DNA of 30,021 bases from Albugo candida (Eukaryota): the NCBI GenBank assembly GCA_040437565.1, contig JBDOQK010000048.1:248001-278021 (forward strand). Direction: 5' to 3'. The first letter of the stretch is position 1. Each line of letters opens with the position of its first letter. The notes below the pieces were generated by a model. It had not been told where the DNA came from, did not search any database, and saw only the letters and a list, made by a program, of their open reading frames with translations. The position numbers and the translations under genes were made by a program. Positions 25,060 to 30,021 of this stretch are shown here, one piece after another.

Positions 25060-27190
25060 CTCCTATAATGAGAGAATTACTACAAAGCGATAAAAGTAAT
25101 AGCGTAAGCGAGTACCAGCAATTTGTACGGGCTCCTTTTGTTATTTGAATTCGAGATGATGCATGATAATCAATCGTGATGAAAGAGACTCATGGCTACC
25201 TGGTTGAGACCTGAAGAGGGTTTATGAGAACTATTCTCTAAGCATCCGGTTGACTTTAATATATTCGATTGAGATACAGCGTTCAGGGATGGACAATTTG
25301 CATATCTCTGATCCACAAAATATTGGGAACGAGATTGAGCTTTTATCCTAACGGGAGATCTTGATCCAGATTGTGCTGCATTATCTTCTGCTGACCCTGA
25401 TATTCTACTACCATGTAATAAGCACTGTGGTGCATTCAGATACATCCATTCGATACTCTCAAAGGTAACGAAATGGATCTCGATCGCATATTTGGCTTTG
25501 AAGGTATGCCATGCTGGTCAGGTTTTGTGAACTTGCAATCTGGATGTGAATGCTCTGATCCGACTAGGAATTGTAGCATGTCTAGATGTTGTCTTTTTTT
25601 ACTTCATGTAAAAGTCATAGCAATATCCAATCGTACCATCTTTGAATGTCGGACAAATGTTCACGTTACTATGGCTGTGGTGAGTGATAGATAATGCTGT
25701 CGAAACTAATGAGCTCTTTGGAAGATTTGCCTATATTGCAGAATCTCTCTGTAGGCAGCCGTCAACGCCTTTTAGGCAAGGGAAGAGGTAAGATGTATCT
25801 TACCTGAATTTTAAGAGACTCGCGCTTGGCTGTACATGCTTCAGTCGTTGATTGAGTTAAGGAGCCCGTGGAGCCATATGCGTTGGTACATTCAGAATTA
25901 TTACAGTGAAGTTTGCGATCAATTTGAGATGCGTTCTACAACAGAGGTAAACAGCGAAGTGCCAAGTAAGAACCATGTATTTGAAACGAAACAGTTGTCT
26001 CTACTATACCGCCTTCGTCGCTTCTTGCGTCTTTGATAGCTCGTGGTGTTTCGGTCGAAATACTCGCGATGTGTATCTTGACGGTATCAGAGCTTATAGG
26101 TAGCAATCGAGCGTAAGACTCGCAACCTACATTATATCGGGAATGGCTCAGCCATAGAACTTCCTGGTGATTTCGCCAGAATTAGAGTATGTACAATACC
26201 CCGTGGGCTTCCAAGCTCGTGATTGTATCTTCGCAACTCGATATTGATGATAACTTTCACTAGTCTTGTGAGCTGAAATCGATCCTAGTAATGGTACGAC
26301 GTGAAATGGTAGATGAGAATGTTGTTCTTTGAGGTTGCTTAATTGGGTTTAGTGGTGACTTTGGCGCTTTGAATGTGATTCACCTCCGAATCTGTCCAAC
26401 GCAACGTAGATAGACCAACAAAACGCTGTAGGACCGGGTGGGTAGATAGATTTTGTAAAGTACCCGAGAACTTGAGCGCGCTCGCTTATCTTCCTTATCC
26501 TCATTGAAGTTCAATATTGGGTCTAACATGGACGCGTGTGTCACGAAGGTAGAGTAGCCGATACCAAACCGGTTTATATCGGATCCATCGACAAATTGGA
26601 CGCTTTCGATACCTAAAGAAGCGCAGTTTTTCGTCCGAATTGCGAGATCGCCATAAGCTTATATATGGATTCTGCTGAATATTTTGCTTCACCTCCATCC
26701 CACCACTACTGGTTCTCTTCTTTCAATCCCATCGCAACGTCCTCTTTCCGTAATATTTCGTCGCAAATATTGATATGTTCGCAAAAGTCGATAAAGATTG
26801 TAGTTCCCCTTAGATGTACCCGCACTGAAAGCTAAGACCATAAACCGTAGCAGTAATTCGTTGCATCTCTGTGAATGCCGAAATACTCAAACAATTGAAA
26901 AGCATTCCGAACAGAGTGAGTATCAAAGTCGCTCCATAAAGAGGCTTAAGATCTCACGGATCTAAAGCTACTTGATGCGGCCATTTCGCGTTCACCAGAG
27001 CGATTTGTGCTTTATAAAAATGAAGGAGCTTGCAGGGCTGATTTCTGGTGGATAAAGTGCAAGCGGATGATGTTTTGAAGGAATATCATGCATCATTGAA
27101 GGCTTACGAGAAGGCAGAGCTGTTGATCACTGAAGAAAACAGCACGTTAGGCTCCCGATATCCTCTTCCAACGATTGGGAAACTGCCTGA

Positions 27191-28294
27191 ATGATTTATA
27201 TGACCAGACCCAAACCGCTTTTCTACAGAGAGATGAAGAAAACGACACTGGCGCTGTGCGAGCTGTCGTTAGTGGAGAGCGTCAACCAGCGGCTGCTGTA
27301 TCAGGCTCAAATCGCACACATTCGAGCTCAATTGTACCCTGAGTATCATCAAGTCGAACTCGCATTAGTGGAATTGGATCGGTACATCGAAATTGATCAA
27401 AGGGGGGCCCTCATCGACGCAAAAGCTTTGGACAAAGGCGATCGTATCGATATGCTATATCACGAGCGGACGTTCTCATTCAATTGGGTAAACCGGAGGA
27501 AGCTAAAAGCCTCAGTGACCGCGGCTCTCAACCAATTTAAAATGGAGAGTATACGACATCAATTCCAGGATATTTATCAGAATCAGACAAGCATGATTTG
27601 GAGACTACTAAAGCGCTGGATCCTCACAATATCGACACGGATTTTCGTGACCGCAACGCTGGAACCTGTTCAGCCCCAACGGAGCAAATACATCGATTCC
27701 GTGACAAATGTCTTCGATGATAATCCAGACAATATCACTACTCTCTTTCTCCATGGCAGTTTAATGAGTGGGTGGATAGCTACACGCAAGTCCAAGCCGA
27801 CTACACGACTAGTATCGATTCACAGGGTCCCCAACTCGTGGAAGAAGACCGAACAGATCAATCGGAAGGCTGGATTCTCAACACGGATAAAAGCCACAAC
27901 TGTCGAGGTATCAAGTCCGAAATCATTTCAAAGACAACGAGTGACGGCGCTCGAACTCTTCTTCTTCGAGCTCGCATATTTTTTGCTTCACAACTTTAAG
28001 GCAGCGGTGATGGGTTATAATGCATTTCCGAATCAGTGTGACGCACAATTGGAACAGCAAACCGCCCAAGTACTCCATACGCAAAAAGAACGAACCGACA
28101 CATCTGGCGACCCCCTGGCTATGGCTGAGGGTTCATCTGTCGACAAGCAACCAACTAGAGCTGCGAGGGAAAGAAAGAGAGGAAAGTCCGGCAATTTTGG
28201 GACGCACGAACCACTGAAAAGCAATCAAGCCGATCACACCGCCTTCAGAAATCACATGAGTGTGTCCAAATTTCAGTATTTGAAAATATCATGA
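27191..28294 (+). CDS. Hypothetical 367-aa ORF, probably a frameshifted relic rather than an intact gene
   Basis: Longest ORF in the window. The N-terminal ~135 aa look like a globular helical protein. The 3' end runs out of frame over the conserved His/Cys segment shared with copy A. No recognisable family. Confidence 0.45.
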   Translation: MIYMTRPKPLFYREMKKTTLALCELSLVESVNQRLLYQAQIAHIRAQLYPEYHQVELALVELDRYIEIDQRGALIDAKALDKGDRIDMLYHERTFSFNWVNRRKLKASVTAALNQFKMESIRHQFQDIYQNQTSMIWRLLKRWILTISTRIFVTATLEPVQPQRSKYIDSVTNVFDDNPDNITTLFLHGSLMSGWIATRKSKPTTRLVSIHRVPNSWKKTEQINRKAGFSTRIKATTVEVSSPKSFQRQRVTALELFFFELAYFLLHNFKAAVMGYNAFPNQCDAQLEQQTAQVLHTQKERTDTSGDPLAMAEGSSVDKQPTRAARERKRGKSGNFGTHEPLKSNQADHTAFRNHMSVSKFQYLKIS

Positions 28295-29721
28295 GTGCTT
28301 GCTGGAGCACGCAGGCGCAATCTGTGTATAAAAGCTGGCAGACATTGATGCATTGGGCACTAAACAACGAAAGTCAACAACATCCTTTTTCTGTGGAGCC
28401 ACAAGAGTATCATCGAAAATTTTTGATTATTCGCGTGGAAGAAAGAATATGCTGGACGGAAATTTGACAATTCGAAGTTGCCAGTAAGTACTGTATGCCT
28501 ATATGGTACACCAGCAAGGTTACAGACTGAGATAGAACTTTAACTTATGTAATGAAGTCCCGCTTTCAAACAACAACTTAATCATTTGCTGAGGAGGCTT
28601 GCCCAAAGCTGATAAAAGTAAAAGTATGATTGTTCGGACAGCGATTTTGTGAGCCATAAGAAAAACACTACATTATCTATAAATTTTATTCACAGGTCAC
28701 GAGCTACACTTCCCTTCCCAACTAGTAAATGCTATAGCGAAAGTGGCGACATCAAAGCTGGTGAAGATTCAACACCAGACAGCATTCATGTGAACATTTT
28801 GGCTTTCTAGATGATGTACCTACCTCGATGAAAACGGGTACCTGGTGGGTAAACAAGGCCGACGAGTAGCACCTTAGTCCTGGATGTTTATCTGTAGAGC
28901 ACGGAAAGGAAGAAGCCCCCGGGTGTCTGACATGTTCCTGAGGCATCGAAACGTGAGAACTGTCGCGACTCTTTTCTCTGATCTCTCAGGATGCATTCGA
29001 AAGCCGCTAAAAAGTTGGAATACTTCTTCGAGGACACTTGTGAGCGCAAATATGCGCAGCCCATGCTCGACATTATGTGCTACTATGAAGTGGAGCGAAT
29101 TAAGGTTGCCTTCGAATTGAATCAGGGTAGAGTGAAGATGAATTCTGTCAGTCGCCCAATTAAGCGAATCAGAGACGTCAAAGATCCAAAGGTTACGGTC
29201 GTCAAGTGAGACAACAACGATACAAAGGACGCGACGGAAGTATACCAGTACATGGGATGGCTTTCCATTATATTCGTATGTCTTTCTGGAAATTGCGTAG
29301 TGTGCAAGCTATGCAGCACTGTATTTACCAGACTTTTCGCTGTCAAAAGCGAAACTTGAATGATGCCACCTGTGCGACTGCCATTCGACAGCAGGACCGA
29401 ATTCGATCATTTCGTACAGATTTGAGATTGTCACGATTTGGAGTCGTCAAATTGGCAAGAAACGAATCTTACACGATCGTACTTTATAGCACTCAATGTG
29501 ACATGCAAAGAAAATAATACTTGGATCTATGCATGCTTGTCTACCACTTCTACGAAGAGCTTTCGGCGAGAAACGTCAATCAGTATGAAATTTTCTACAA
29601 GCTTGTATCAAGTGGAATTACTGAAGGTAATCCTCAGCAATCTCTGAGCTCATGTCCAAGGAGTCCATTAGATGTAACGTTAACGCAGCGATATGGCCAC
29701 CATATCGACCAATCATATTGA
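28244..29721 (+). pseudogene. Disrupted unknown gene, copy B (paralogue of 4034-5187)
   Basis: Fragments: HECVQISV..HECLLEHAGAI, FCGATR, YYEVERIKV...KVTVVK*DNNDTKDATEV. ORFs 29206-29517 and 29521-29721 are in frame across one stop, but extension beyond 29241 is not supported by the paralogue. Confidence 0.65.
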
Positions 29722-30021
29722 TTTAACACGGATTAGCCAATCAGAGGTGTTTTGTCGGTGGCAATAGTGAAAACGTCTATGGCAATTGTCGCACACGATC
29801 TTTCCATATCTACTGAGCGTATACGCTGATGGATGATAAGTAAATTAGTAAATTGACTACAAAATAATATCAAGCAGTCTGCAGTCAAGAGTCAAGTTAG
29901 CCTCTACATTAAATTTCTACTATACTCGACTACAAAGTGGCTCCACACGAAAAATTACATTATACCATGGGTACCAAGGTGAAGCCTTGTCCAAAAAAAG
30001 AAAAATCAAAGCTCGTTTATT

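Noticed and set aside
1-30021. Prokaryotic systems (CRISPR array, operon, defence island) or RNA genes
   Set aside because: No regularly spaced repeats, no intact gene clusters and no tRNA/rRNA signatures seen; the context is eukaryotic.

Overview
This is eukaryotic, repeat-rich draft-scaffold DNA with nine fixed 100-N gaps; no intact host gene, rRNA, tRNA or CRISPR array is recognisable. The gag type of the retroelement suggests an oomycete (Phytophthora/downy mildew-like), which is an inference. The one clearly identifiable element is a full-length but dead Ty1/copia LTR retrotransposon at 5993-11397. It has 168 and 187 bp LTRs, a near-perfect 5-bp target-site duplication, a half-tRNA-type primer-binding site, a polypurine tract, and gag-PR-IN-RT-RH broken by stops and frameshifts. 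The 3' end of a second, different copia follows it. The rest of the window is broken, apparently intronless reading frames that I cannot assign to known families. The most notable hidden structure is two diverged, inverted copies of one unknown gene (4034-5105 on -, 28244-29241 on +). Each copy lacks a different ~400 bp block, many aligned codons differ only synonymously, and the merged protein has a His/Cys cluster and a chromodomain-like segment. This points to a decayed multi-copy element family (endogenous DNA virus, Polinton-like or large DNA transposon), but no hallmark gene is visible to prove it. Four exact or near-exact duplications flanking gaps are probably assembly artefacts.
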